In this document: positions 9,614-19,570 of the stretch, in pieces | How positions within the stretch are numbered: position 1 is the stretch's first letter | Layout of the letters: the number at the start of each line of letters is the position of its first letter | NCBI GenBank assembly: GCA_965232515.1 | Contig: CBDDPY010000002.1 | Span: 4,640,001-4,704,000, forward strand | Direction of reading: 5' to 3' | Length of the DNA: 64,000 nucleotides | Origin: Alphaproteobacteria bacterium | Lineage (GTDB): Bacteria; Pseudomonadota; Alphaproteobacteria; GCA-2731375 | Notes under the pieces: generated by a model | Databases searched by the model: none | The model's input: the letters and a program-made list of their open reading frames with translations, nothing else | Told to the model about the DNA's origin: nothing | Program-made: the position numbers and the translations under genes

Positions 9614-11311
9614 CTACGGCCGCTTCGTCAGTTCCCAGGCGTCGAGGCCGGCGAGCGGGCCGATCGGCGTGATCTCGTAGTGTTCGCGGAAGAAACCGAT
9701 CAGCTTCCGTTTCGGCATGCCGTGGCCGGCGAATTTGAGCCAGGGCGCGTCCCAGTCCCGCTCGTCGAAGATCCGGAAAGCGACGACCTGGCCGCCAGCT
9801 TCGAGCGTGCGGTCGATCTGCGCCTTGGCATCCGGCAGCACCGAAGGGTCAAAGCGGCTTTCGATCAGCGCCCGGTCGAGTTTCAGTCTGGGGATCCCGG
9901 GCAGGGCGAAGAACGAGATGTCCGGACGGCCGGCGTAGCTCGTGAAGTGCACGATCAGGTCGTCGGCGCCGAACCGCGTCTGCATGTCCGCCTCGTGCGC
10001 GGCGAGCGGATAGAGCGCCCGCGGCACGGAATAGAGGCTGAGGTTGACCGCGCCGACCACCAGCAGCCATACCGTCGCCACCGCCGCAACGGCCGTGGCG
10101 GCCGGCAATTGCGTAAACAGCAGCAGCGTCGGAAACGTCACCTGAAACCAGATCTCCGGGTCATTGACGTTGGTGGTGATGGCGAAGCCGACATGGCCGA
10201 CGAGGAAAGCAAATGGCACCACGACCGGAAAGCCGCCGGTCAGCAGCCGCAGGCCGGCGGCCAGATAGGTGGCGCCAAGGACGATGATGGTCAGGACGAA
10301 GGGCACGATGTCGCGCGCCAGCTCCCAGGTGTAGGGCGCCAACGAGTCGATCTGGCCCCACAGGCGGGCGCGCATGACTGGCCCGAGGTCCGGCGTGAAC
10401 ACGTAATTGTAAACCACGGCGTAGGCGCCGCGCGCCAAACGGTCGACGAGCCCGAAGTCCCGTGCGAAGGCGTTGCTGTGCTTGTGCGCCACCTGGCCAA
10501 ACACGTAGCCCAGGAAATCGAACAGGCCGCCGGGCTGTGCAACATCGGCGACATAGCCGACGAACATGGCCGCCGCGCCGATGCCGCAGCAAATCGCACC
10601 GAATGCCACCATGGGCGCCAGACCGCGGTGCCAGCCCTGGCTGGCGCGGTGAAAAATCAACAGGATGCCAAGGCCGATGAACGGAAGCACGGTGATGCCG
10701 GTGACCAGGAAGGCCGTCGACATGCCGAGCGCGGCGGCTGACAGGGTCAATCGATACCAGTTGACGACTTTGCCGCCACCGACCGCTTCGTGCTCCCACA
10801 ACACGGCGTGATAGAGCGCCAGCGCCAGAAACGGCAGGGCCAGCATCTTGATATGCGGGGTCGGCGCCAGCGCCAGAACGTTGAAGCTGAGGGCCGCGAG
10901 GCCGGCAACGACGATCCGAAGCCAAAGTCCATAGCCCAGACGGCAGAGCAGAAAATAGAAGATGGCCAGTCCGATGGCGGCGCACAGCGTGTTGATCTGG
11001 GCCATGCTGCTGACCACGTCGCCGCCGTCTCCGAACAACCGGTGCCAGATCAGCGCCGCCGGTTGCAGGAAGATGTGAAACACCTTCCAGTCGAACTTGT
11101 CGGCCTCGAGCTTCGCGGCGTAGAGGGCCACATCGTCGGTCGGTACTTCCGAATAGAGCAGCCGGAAGAACAGCCAGATGATGGCGAACGCGGCTGTCAG
11201 CTCGAGCCAGTCGCGCGGCCTCGCGGCCGGAAGGCTGCGATCCGCCGGCGGGCTGAGGAGCCATGTCAGCCTGGCAGGTCGACGTTGATTTTCGCTCGAG
11301 AGGCTTGCCAT
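9614..11311 (-). CDS. Multi-pass membrane protein, putative GT-C fold
   Basis: TDDVALY acidic loop after the first TM, about 11 hydrophobic segments, soluble C-terminus. Confidence 0.6.
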   Translation of the reverse strand: MASLSSENQRRPARLTWLLSPPADRSLPAARPRDWLELTAAFAIIWLFFRLLYSEVPTDDVALYAAKLEADKFDWKVFHIFLQPAALIWHRLFGDGGDVVSSMAQINTLCAAIGLAIFYFLLCRLGYGLWLRIVVAGLAALSFNVLALAPTPHIKMLALPFLALALYHAVLWEHEAVGGGKVVNWYRLTLSAAALGMSTAFLVTGITVLPFIGLGILLIFHRASQGWHRGLAPMVAFGAICCGIGAAAMFVGYVADVAQPGGLFDFLGYVFGQVAHKHSNAFARDFGLVDRLARGAYAVVYNYVFTPDLGPVMRARLWGQIDSLAPYTWELARDIVPFVLTIIVLGATYLAAGLRLLTGGFPVVVPFAFLVGHVGFAITTNVNDPEIWFQVTFPTLLLFTQLPAATAVAAVATVWLLVVGAVNLSLYSVPRALYPLAAHEADMQTRFGADDLIVHFTSYAGRPDISFFALPGIPRLKLDRALIESRFDPSVLPDAKAQIDRTLEAGGQVVAFRIFDERDWDAPWLKFAGHGMPKRKLIGFFREHYEITPIGPLAGLDAWELTKRP

Positions 11312-11453
11312 CGTTTAGCGCTCGTCACCGCCCACATTGCCGAGGTTGGACCGTTTGTTCCGGCCGGCGAAATGCCTCGCATGCTTCAGCGAATTGCGCA
11401 AGGTACGCCGTCGCCGATTTCGATCTCGGAGATGGGGTTCCGGTTCGATTCCG

Positions 11454-12632
11454 TCAGGCGGCCGGCGTCACGGCCTGGGACAAGTCCACGCCATCGAGGA
11501 TCGCGCCATGCAGATCTGCGTCGGTCAGGTTGGTCGGGCAGGCGCGGCCAATCGGCTTACCATCCGGCCCCTTCAGTTCGATGGCAGCCAGCTTCGCCCC
11601 GGTCAAGTTCGCGCCGCGAAGATTGGCGCTTGTCAGATTCGTGCCTGACAGATCCGCATCGTTGAGATCGCAGTCCGAAAGGTCGGCGTACGACAGGTCC
11701 GCCATCATCAGTTTGCAGCGGCTCAAATGGGCGCCCGACAGATTGGCGCCCGAAAGACTGCTGGCCGAGAGATCCAAACCGGCGAACGCGGAGCCCTTCA
11801 GATCCTGCCGGTCCAACTGCAAACGCTCGCCCTGTGCCCCGTTTGACGACAACCAAATGGCATGGTTGTCGAGGCATTTCTGCATTGAGGGCGATACGAT
11901 GGCGGTGTCCTTGCTGACGACGGCGCCAAGTAGACTGGTGGTCGAGAGATCCACATTGGTCAGCACCGCGCCACTCAGATCGGCGCCATCGAGCCGAGCC
12001 TGCTTCAAGTTGGCTCCACGCAGATTCGCGCCCGACATATCGGCGTGTTTAAGCTGCGCGCCCTCAAAGTTTGCACCGGCAAGGTCCGCGCCACGGAAGT
12101 CGACATGCTCGCCCTGCGCGCGCGACAAGTTGGCGTCGCGAAGATTCGAGTTGGCGAACCGGGCATGGTCGAGCTTGGCCCTTTTCAGCTTGGCCTGCGT
12201 CAGATCGACGACCGAAAGATCGGTGACCTGCGTCGTTTCGGATTGCATCATGGCGCCCGGCCGCAGGTCGGTCTCGGCGAGATTGACCCGGATCATTTTT
12301 GCGCCGCCGAAACGCGCGCCGCGAAGATCCGCCCGCGCGAAGATGGCGTCGGTCAGATCGGCATCGTGAAAGTTGGCGGCAAACAGATCGGCATACTGGA
12401 ATTTGCCGCGCGTCAGGACCGAGTGGCTGAAGTTGACCGCGCTGAGCAGGGCTTGCTGTAGATCGATATCGGGCAAATCGCGCCCCGACAGGTCGCGATT
12501 GCGAAGATCGGCCCGAACCCCGCCGCTCTGCTTGGCCACATAACGTCGATGCTCTTTCAGAACGGCGACGAGTTCATGAATCGTTAACGGTTGAAGTTCC
12601 AGCGGCGCGGCTGCTGTCACGTCATCCCCCAT
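11454..12632 (-). CDS. Pentapeptide repeat protein
   Basis: Long A(D/N)LxG-type arrays in two blocks, each preceded by H..(W/Y)...GG.RA/GER caps; start may extend to 12764. Confidence 0.9.
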   Translation of the reverse strand: MGDDVTAAAPLELQPLTIHELVAVLKEHRRYVAKQSGGVRADLRNRDLSGRDLPDIDLQQALLSAVNFSHSVLTRGKFQYADLFAANFHDADLTDAIFARADLRGARFGGAKMIRVNLAETDLRPGAMMQSETTQVTDLSVVDLTQAKLKRAKLDHARFANSNLRDANLSRAQGEHVDFRGADLAGANFEGAQLKHADMSGANLRGANLKQARLDGADLSGAVLTNVDLSTTSLLGAVVSKDTAIVSPSMQKCLDNHAIWLSSNGAQGERLQLDRQDLKGSAFAGLDLSASSLSGANLSGAHLSRCKLMMADLSYADLSDCDLNDADLSGTNLTSANLRGANLTGAKLAAIELKGPDGKPIGRACPTNLTDADLHGAILDGVDLSQAVTPAA

Positions 12633-12800
12633 TACCAGGTGCCAAGTCACGGGATTATCGTCAGGTTTGGTTTGAGAATTACTAAGCCGAAGAGAGGAAT
12701 TCTTGGGCAACTCTAGCGGGCGGGTCCCAACTTGATCGTTGCTTTTCGGTGCAGGCGAACCCAATTCCCTGATCGAGGCAACCGGACGGGGTGGAGCGAC

Positions 12801-13037
12801 ATGCCAGGCGATTGGTGCCGGACAGATGTTCTGATTTCCAGACGCCGTTTTCTGACGCGGGCCGGTTTGGTGCTGGGATCTGGCGCCTTAACCGCCTGTT
12901 CGCCGCAGGAGGTGTTCCGACAGAATTGCGAAGGCAAAGGCCTGCAAGCCGGGACGGCGGCGTTCGACCGGTGTTTGGCGCGAGAGCGGGCAATTGTCGA
13001 TCGCATGGGTCGGTCGAGGCGCAGTGGCGGGCCTTAG
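12801..13037 (+). CDS. Small lipoprotein with Tat-like signal
   Basis: SRRRFL, lipobox LTA-C, mature C-x2-G-x3-GT-x5-CLARE. Confidence 0.7.
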   Translation: MPGDWCRTDVLISRRRFLTRAGLVLGSGALTACSPQEVFRQNCEGKGLQAGTAAFDRCLARERAIVDRMGRSRRSGGP

Positions 13038-13039
13038 GT

Positions 13040-13267
13040 ATGGCCGATCCGATCAAGGGTATCTCCGCGGGTGTCGGACCGTTTGGTCTGACTGTCTGGC
13101 TCGCCCTTGGCGTTTTGCTTGCCGGCTGCGCGGCTGACGACTGGATGCAGCGGAGTTGCATAAAGCAGGGTTTTCAGCCGGGCACGGCCGGCCATGACGC
13201 ATGCCTGGCGCGTGAAAAAGCCTGGAGCGATAAGCTGGATCGATATGGTCGCGGCGGCGGCCCATAG
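13040..13267 (+). CDS. Small lipoprotein, paralog of upstream gene
   Basis: ATG 2 nt after the previous stop; lipobox LAG-C; CIKQGFQPGTAGHDACLARE. Confidence 0.7.
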   Translation: MADPIKGISAGVGPFGLTVWLALGVLLAGCAADDWMQRSCIKQGFQPGTAGHDACLAREKAWSDKLDRYGRGGGP

Positions 13268-13422
13268 TCCGGCACGCGCCTTATCCTCATTGTGCGTTCA
13301 TTGTATTCGCACGGTTGTTCACACATTTCCTTCGCATTTGATGCTCGGCCCGGCGGCTGGAACCGGTAAGGATTGCGCCCAATCGGCATTGCCGAGGTCC
13401 ACGAGCAATACGTGAGGGTTCC

Positions 13423-13785
13423 ATGATTTCCGTTCTTCGCCGGATCGGCGGCATTCTTGGCGTGCTGGCGCTGGTCGCCGCCTCGATCACTGGGCCGGCC
13501 GCCGCACAGACGGCGTACAGCGACGCCAAGCTTCAGGCTTTCGTCACGGCGGCGCTCGCGGTCGATGATCTGGTCAAGACCTGGGCGCCACGCATCGATA
13601 GCGCCGGCAGCCAGGAGAAGGCCGATCAGCTTCGCACCCAGGCCAATACCGAGTTGATCGGTGCGGTCGAACAGACAGACGGTATTTCGCTCGACGAATA
13701 TCGCCAGATCGTTCGGGACGCGGGCCAGGATGCCGACCTGTCGGCGCGCATCCAGAAGATCGTTGAGGAGAAATCCGTCGACTGA
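13423..13785 (+). CDS. Secreted DUF4168-like protein
   Basis: Signal peptide AAA-Q; YSDAKLQAFVTA and GISLDEYRQI motifs. Confidence 0.7.
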   Translation: MISVLRRIGGILGVLALVAASITGPAAAQTAYSDAKLQAFVTAALAVDDLVKTWAPRIDSAGSQEKADQLRTQANTELIGAVEQTDGISLDEYRQIVRDAGQDADLSARIQKIVEEKSVD

Positions 13786-13880
13786 CCGACGCCCGACCGG
13801 TCGATCGACGGTATCGACCCCGACAGACGATTGCGCGGCGGTTGTAAGGCGTAAACCGCGCGTGCGAAGCTGCCGCGGAC

Positions 13881-14783
13881 ATGCCGGAACTGCCGGACAT
13901 TACGCTCTATATCGAGGCGCTTGAGCGACGCATATTGGATACGCCGCTGCTGGGCGTGCGGGTAACGAACCCATTTCTGTTGCGGACGGCGGAACCGCCC
14001 ATCGCATCGGTGGCCGGTCGGCGGGTCATCGCGCTACGGCGGATCGGCAAGCGGATCGCGATCGGGCTTGAGGACGAGTTATGGCTGGTTCTGCATCTGA
14101 TGATCGCCGGCCGGTTGCACTGGCGGGCGCCGGGCGCAGATCCTCCGGGCCGGCGCGGCCTGGCGGCGTTCGATTTTGCCGACGGCACCCTGATCCTGAC
14201 CGAGGCCGGCAGCAAGCGCCGCGCCTCGCTGCATGTCGTGCAGGGAGCCGCCGCCCTCGGCGCCCTCGATCCCGGCGGGCGTGAGGTGTTCGACATCGAT
14301 GTCGCGACGTTCGGTGCGTTGCTGACGCGCGAGAACCACACGTTGAAGCGGGCGCTGACCGATCCGCGTGTTTTCAGCGGGATCGGCAATGCGTTTTCCG
14401 ATGAGATTCTGCATCGTGCCCGAATGTCGCCGGTGGCCATGACCGACAGGCTGACGCCGGCGCAGATCGAGGCGCTGTTCCACGCGACCCGGGATACGCT
14501 GATGCACTGGGTGGCCGAGTTGCGGGCCGAGATGGGCGATGGCTTTCCGGAAAAGGTGACGGCGTTCCGCGACGGCATGGCGGTGCATGGGCGTTTCGGC
14601 AAGCCCTGTCCGGACTGCGGCACGGCCGTGCAGCGGATCCGGCATGCGAGCAACGAAACCAACTACTGTCCGCGCTGTCAGACCGAGGGCAAGCTGCTGG
14701 CCGATCGGGCCTTGTCGCGACTGTTGCGTAAAGACTGGCCGCGCACCATCGACGAGCTGGAACGCATGGGGCGAAGCGGTTGA
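13881..14783 (+). CDS. Fpg/Nei family DNA glycosylase/AP lyase
   Basis: MPELPD N-terminus, [19 protein letters not shown] (H2TH), CPDC...CPRC zinc finger. Confidence 0.9.
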   Translation: MPELPDITLYIEALERRILDTPLLGVRVTNPFLLRTAEPPIASVAGRRVIALRRIGKRIAIGLEDELWLVLHLMIAGRLHWRAPGADPPGRRGLAAFDFADGTLILTEAGSKRRASLHVVQGAAALGALDPGGREVFDIDVATFGALLTRENHTLKRALTDPRVFSGIGNAFSDEILHRARMSPVAMTDRLTPAQIEALFHATRDTLMHWVAELRAEMGDGFPEKVTAFRDGMAVHGRFGKPCPDCGTAVQRIRHASNETNYCPRCQTEGKLLADRALSRLLRKDWPRTIDELERMGRSG

Positions 14784-14814
14784 GTCGGGGACGACATCGG
14801 TCCGGGATGCCGGA

Positions 14815-16380
14815 TCAGCCTGTGATCGGCAGGTATTGGTAGAGCCAGGTCTCTGTCAGGGTCCGTTCGTTGAATCGCAGAAAGCAGCGCAAATCGACTG
14901 GCTGGTCACCGTCTGCATAAAGATCGAAGAAAGCCCGCCAGCGGTTCGTGCCAACGATCTGCAGTGCGTAATCGTTGTCGATCCGGCCGCGCGAGGCTGA
15001 GATTACGGGCTCGACGCCGTCCTGCTTGCGCAAGCCACGAAGCGGGCCGCCGTCGAAATCGATCACGAATTTCCTGGCGCCGTCGGGCCTTGGTTGGCCC
15101 GGAACACCGCCGCGTCCGAGACGGGTATGGCGAACGCGCCCGATGCTGTCGTCGGCAAAAGGTTCGTTGCCAAGCCAATGCAGACGATAATTGAACGACC
15201 ACTGCGAGCCGGCGGTCACCGGCTCCTCCGGCACCCAGTAGGCGGCGATGTTGTCGTGGATCTCGTCGTCGGTGGGAATTTCGACGAGCTGCACCGCCCC
15301 TCTTCCCCAATTTCCGCGCGGCTCCACCCAGACACTGGGACGGCGGTCGTAGAACACGCCGTCATCCTCATAGTTGTGGAACTGGCGATCGCGCTGCAAC
15401 AGTCCGAAGCCCTTTGGGTTGTCATCGACGAACGTATTCGTGACGACCCGATCGGGATTGTTGAGCGGGCGCCAGATCCGCTCGCCGGCTCCGGTCCAGA
15501 TCGCCAGGCCGTCGCTGTCGTGCACCTCGGGCCGCCAGTCCGTCGCCTGATGACGGTTGTTTTCGCCAAACCAGAACATGCTGGTCAGCGGTGCGATACC
15601 CATGCGTTCGATTTTCTTGCGCGGGAAAAGCTCGGCCTGAACATCCATCACGACGCCGGTCGATCGGGTGCAGTCGAACCGATAGGCCCCGGTGATGCTG
15701 GGGCCGTCCATCATCGCATAGAGGGTGATGGTCCCTGTATCCGGCGCCGGCCGGACCAGCCAGAACTGCGTGAAGCGCGGGAATTCCTCGGGCCAAGGCA
15801 TGGCCGTGTCGATCGCGATCCCGCGCGCCGACATGCCGTACTGGTTAAAGGCACCGGAGCTACGAAAGTAGGCCGCGCCCAGAAAGACCAGCCAGTCGGT
15901 CTTGCCGTCATCCGGATTCATCAGGCGAAAGCCGGCGAAGCCGAGATCGTCCGGCAACCGGGCGGCAAGTTCGGTGTCGCCGAAATCGAAGAAATCCGTG
16001 GAATAAAAAATCTGTCGGGCGGTAGCGCCGTCGACGGCGTGAATTGCGACCGGCGCCTTGAAGTACCGGCCGAGATGGAACAACTGGGCCGGAAAGGCCG
16101 CGGAGCCGTCGGCCCAGAGCGCTTGCTCGGGGCGAAAGCGGATCTTCTGATAGGCGTCGTAGTCGATGCTTTCGAGCAGTTCCGGATGTTGAATGATGGG
16201 GGTGTGGTAGGCCCGCTTGGCCGATTCGCGTGCCAGATTTCGTAACCAATCGAAATCAAACGCGCGGGAGGGACCGAACCGAACGACCGGGACCGTTGCC
16301 AGCGCTGGCCGCGAAAGTGTCAGCGGCAACATCGCCGCGGCGGCCAGCAATTGCCGGCGCGAAGTGAACTTGGACAACAT
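14815..16380 (-). CDS. opgD: Periplasmic glucan biosynthesis protein OpgG/OpgD (Tat signal suggests the D type)
   Basis: SRRQLL signal; YDAYQKIRF, FLGAAYFR, DWRPEVHDSDGL and DEIHDNI motifs. Confidence 0.88.
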   Translation of the reverse strand: MLSKFTSRRQLLAAAAMLPLTLSRPALATVPVVRFGPSRAFDFDWLRNLARESAKRAYHTPIIQHPELLESIDYDAYQKIRFRPEQALWADGSAAFPAQLFHLGRYFKAPVAIHAVDGATARQIFYSTDFFDFGDTELAARLPDDLGFAGFRLMNPDDGKTDWLVFLGAAYFRSSGAFNQYGMSARGIAIDTAMPWPEEFPRFTQFWLVRPAPDTGTITLYAMMDGPSITGAYRFDCTRSTGVVMDVQAELFPRKKIERMGIAPLTSMFWFGENNRHQATDWRPEVHDSDGLAIWTGAGERIWRPLNNPDRVVTNTFVDDNPKGFGLLQRDRQFHNYEDDGVFYDRRPSVWVEPRGNWGRGAVQLVEIPTDDEIHDNIAAYWVPEEPVTAGSQWSFNYRLHWLGNEPFADDSIGRVRHTRLGRGGVPGQPRPDGARKFVIDFDGGPLRGLRKQDGVEPVISASRGRIDNDYALQIVGTNRWRAFFDLYADGDQPVDLRCFLRFNERTLTETWLYQYLPITG

Positions 16381-16546
16381 CAGTACAGCTTCCCTGTCGG
16401 AGAAAAACGAGGACGGGCGCGATCACTTCGTGGCTCGACGCGGGGCGCAACGTTCGCGTCGCTAGCAGTTGCAGCTAGTTGACGACAGGTAGGGCGCAAG
16501 TCCGGTCCACGCCGTTGTCACAACCGTGCGGCATTTGCGCCGGCGT

Positions 16547-18181
16547 TCATCCATGTCGCGCGAACTTGAGATGGCAATCGTTCAGTCGGCCTTCGGCGGT
16601 CGTTCCGTGGGCGGCGAGATTGGTGTTCAGCGCGAACGCCTGACCGCGTTCCTCGAACTGGAGATCAATGACGCCGTTCTTGCCGACGCTGGTCTCAAAG
16701 ATCCGCTCCGGCGTCGGTGTCCATTCCCCCGACCGCTTGATCTTGGCCGTCGCCTTCGGTCCGTTGACGTCGAGCGCGAGGTCGAAGAAGACCTTTGTTG
16801 TCTGGCTTATCATGTCGGCAATCTGGCAGACGCCATATGCCTGCCACGTGCCGTCGTAAGGTGATGTCGTTGACCCCGATCGTTCGTTCGCGACCGGTTC
16901 CGGCGCGTTGGCGATCCGGGTGCGTGCCGTGTCGGCGTGACGGCCGTCGGGAAAGGCTTCCAGATAGGCACGGTAGCCGACGGTCGCCTCGCCGGTTTCG
17001 GCGACGTTCCAAAGGCCGTCGTCGTCCTGTGCCGCAGGATCGGCGCGCGCGAGCGCTTTTTCGACCTCATCGATCAAGGCGCGGGCCGTCAGTGCATGCC
17101 GGCCTTGCGGATGGTTTTCGAGATAGCTGCGAAACGCCGCCAGCGTGCCGATCTCCGAGGCGATCCGCCACGCCGCCTCTTCGGCCTCGTCGCGAACCCG
17201 GAGTTGATCGAGGCGTGCCGAGGCGAGCGGCGCAAATCGGCCCGACGGATAGGTGTCGAGGTAAGCCGTGTAGTCACTGGCGCTGCGGCTGTTGCTGATC
17301 GAATCCCAGAAGGCCAGCTCCACGGCCATGTCATTGTCCGGTTCCCGCGCGACGGCGACTTTTTGGGCCGCCTGATCCAGCTGGACCGTCGGTATGAACA
17401 GGAATTCTCCGCCTTCATGGCTGGCCCGACGGATCTCCGAATACTGCGGCGTCTGGTCGGCATTGACGACGACCTGGCGGCTGACCTGCAGGAACAGCTC
17501 GTCCCCGTCGAGGATGTTGTTGTTCTCGCGCAGAGCGCGGAGAAAGGCATTGGCGAAGGTCGAATGGCCGTTGGCGCCGGCGTCCGTCACCGGCTCAAGG
17601 CCGCCGGAAACAAGCGCGGTGCGCGACCGCCGCCCGGCGACGCGCTTGATCCAGGCCTGCCGTTCGAACCCGGTCGCGGGCCGCGCCCTGGCGGTCCGGA
17701 CCAGGGTGCCCGAGAAGCAGCTATCGGCGACGACGATGACGTGCCGCGCGGTCATGCCCTTGAGGCGGCGCGTGAGCGCATCGTTCGCGATCCAGTTCAG
17801 GTCGTTCTCGGGTTCGGCATCGACCGGTAGCCAATAACCCATGCCTGTTTCGCGCTCGAGCGTTCCATGGCCGGCATAGTAGATCAGCAAATTATCGCGC
17901 TCGGTCAGCTCGGCCCGCAGACGGTTGATGGAGCGAAGAGTGTCTTCGCGGGTCGCGTTGTGCAGCAGCGTCACGGTGAAGCCGTATTTGACCCGGAGCA
18001 GCTCGGCTGTCGCCGTCGCGTCGTTGACGGCCGTCTCCAGCTTGGGCAAGTGCTTGTAATCGTTGTTCCCGATGACGAGCGCGTGGTAACGGCCGAATTC
18101 TACATCTTGGACCGCAAGACTCGGGCGTGATAGATAGCAAAAGAGGCATATGATCGCCGCCGCGATCGAAAATATTCGCAT
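16547..18181 (-). CDS. Secreted caspase-family (peptidase C14) protein with helical repeats
   Basis: ALVIGNNDY, YYAGHG and ADSCFSG (His-Cys dyad); three AYL..(Y/H/F)P.G repeats. Confidence 0.88.
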   Translation of the reverse strand: MRIFSIAAAIICLFCYLSRPSLAVQDVEFGRYHALVIGNNDYKHLPKLETAVNDATATAELLRVKYGFTVTLLHNATREDTLRSINRLRAELTERDNLLIYYAGHGTLERETGMGYWLPVDAEPENDLNWIANDALTRRLKGMTARHVIVVADSCFSGTLVRTARARPATGFERQAWIKRVAGRRSRTALVSGGLEPVTDAGANGHSTFANAFLRALRENNNILDGDELFLQVSRQVVVNADQTPQYSEIRRASHEGGEFLFIPTVQLDQAAQKVAVAREPDNDMAVELAFWDSISNSRSASDYTAYLDTYPSGRFAPLASARLDQLRVRDEAEEAAWRIASEIGTLAAFRSYLENHPQGRHALTARALIDEVEKALARADPAAQDDDGLWNVAETGEATVGYRAYLEAFPDGRHADTARTRIANAPEPVANERSGSTTSPYDGTWQAYGVCQIADMISQTTKVFFDLALDVNGPKATAKIKRSGEWTPTPERIFETSVGKNGVIDLQFEERGQAFALNTNLAAHGTTAEGRLNDCHLKFARHG

Positions 18182-18514
18182 GACTAACGCATCGTGTTAT
18201 TGCGGGAGGATTTGGTATTTTTTCGAGTTCCGCCAATTGTATTTGGCTTAGTGCTATATGATGCTTTCGAACGCGTGTCATATCTGTGAGAAATCAATGT
18301 GAAAGGCCGAGCGCATTCTTGATCGACGGGCGCCGATGGAAGGCGCTGCGGCAGTTCGGATGCGGCTGACCTTTTTCATGCAAATCCGGCGGCAATTTCA
18401 CCGGTTTGTGATGCATTTCACACGGTTCGTCAGCCTGCATCCGTAGATATGAGGGGTCGTGAACCCGCTGTCGGGTCCGACTGCGTGCCGTGCCTGGGCA
18501 ATAGGGGCTGCATT

Positions 18515-19312
18515 ATGAGTTACGACGACGATCGATATCGTAACGAGCTGCGCGAGGCGGATTTGCGCCGAGACGATCTGCGTCAGGATTTTCTTCGCCA
18601 GGAGTGTCTGTTGGACGATCTTCGCTTGGCCGACATTCGACAGGAGCAGATCGATTGGGAATTCCGCCGTGATGACGCCGCGCACGAGCAGCGAGCCGTG
18701 GAGGCCCGCCATGAACACGGCAAAGAGCCGGCGAGATCGGGCGATGTTTCGGGTTTGGCCGGACTATATGGGCTCGACTACCAGCCGGCATTGGCCGATC
18801 GCGACCGCGGGTTGGACCGGTTTCCAGCATTGACGTTGGCGAACATAGATCTGTTTCCGCTGAATGGTGTGACATTGGGCCAGACGACGATCGCTGAGCT
18901 GAGCCAGCTTGGCCAACGCTCGCGCTACATCGACGACCAGACCGGCGAGCCGTTTCGCTGTTATCAGGTGGGCGGCATCAATTTCTGGTATCTCGACGGC
19001 GATGTCGCAGACAGCGTGTTCTTGTCCCACGGCACGACGATTCCGGAGAAATGGCGGAAACTTGGATTTTCCTGGGTTCATTCCTTCGATCGCTACGGAG
19101 AGCTGTTGCGCACGCTCGGTTTCGACGTGGCTGTGACACGGGCGTCGACGACACGTTGGTTCTCGGGCCGGCGATCCTTCTCGGCGGAACTGGAAGGCCG
19201 GCGGAAAGGTCCCGTCGATCTGCGCATCAAATTGGACTTCGATTTCGGCGAGGGCACGACGGCGGAAGACATCGACACGCTGTATTCCATCGATGTGGCG
19301 ATTACCGAATAG
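18515..19312 (+). CDS. Hypothetical protein with periodic charged N-terminus
   Basis: Open frame, ATG at 18515; globular-looking C-terminal half. Confidence 0.65.
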   Translation: MSYDDDRYRNELREADLRRDDLRQDFLRQECLLDDLRLADIRQEQIDWEFRRDDAAHEQRAVEARHEHGKEPARSGDVSGLAGLYGLDYQPALADRDRGLDRFPALTLANIDLFPLNGVTLGQTTIAELSQLGQRSRYIDDQTGEPFRCYQVGGINFWYLDGDVADSVFLSHGTTIPEKWRKLGFSWVHSFDRYGELLRTLGFDVAVTRASTTRWFSGRRSFSAELEGRRKGPVDLRIKLDFDFGEGTTAEDIDTLYSIDVAITE

Positions 19313-19402
19313 CCGCTGCGCGACCTGTTCCCCTGCGCGCGACCTCCGCTGCGCGGCCGAACGGCAATCATCCAAAAGGCGCAGAAACCTCATCCAAATC
19401 AA

Positions 19403-19417
19403 TTAATCGATCATTTA
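19403..19417. promoter_or_regulatory. CtrA-like box
   Basis: TTAA-tcgatca-TTTA (1 mismatch to TTAA-N7-TTAA) upstream of a PAS gene. Confidence 0.35.
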
Positions 19418-19570
19418 GGTCGTGCGCCTATGGTTGGGTCGGGACGCCGGTTGGCGCCCGCGGCGATGTGGCATTGGCGCATGCTGCGGTTCCGCCATTC
19501 TGCAGGGCGTTCACATCCGCGACGGCTGCTGTTGGAACGCGACCGCCGATTGAGCGATGGACCTTCCAAG

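Noticed and set aside
11454-12632. DNA-level periodic repeats or CRISPR-like array
   Set aside because: Explained by pentapeptide repeat coding; there are no identical repeats with unique spacers
13881-14783. Canonical mutM
   Set aside because: PELPD instead of PELPE and a C-terminal extension suggest an Fpg/Nei paralog, so no symbol was assigned
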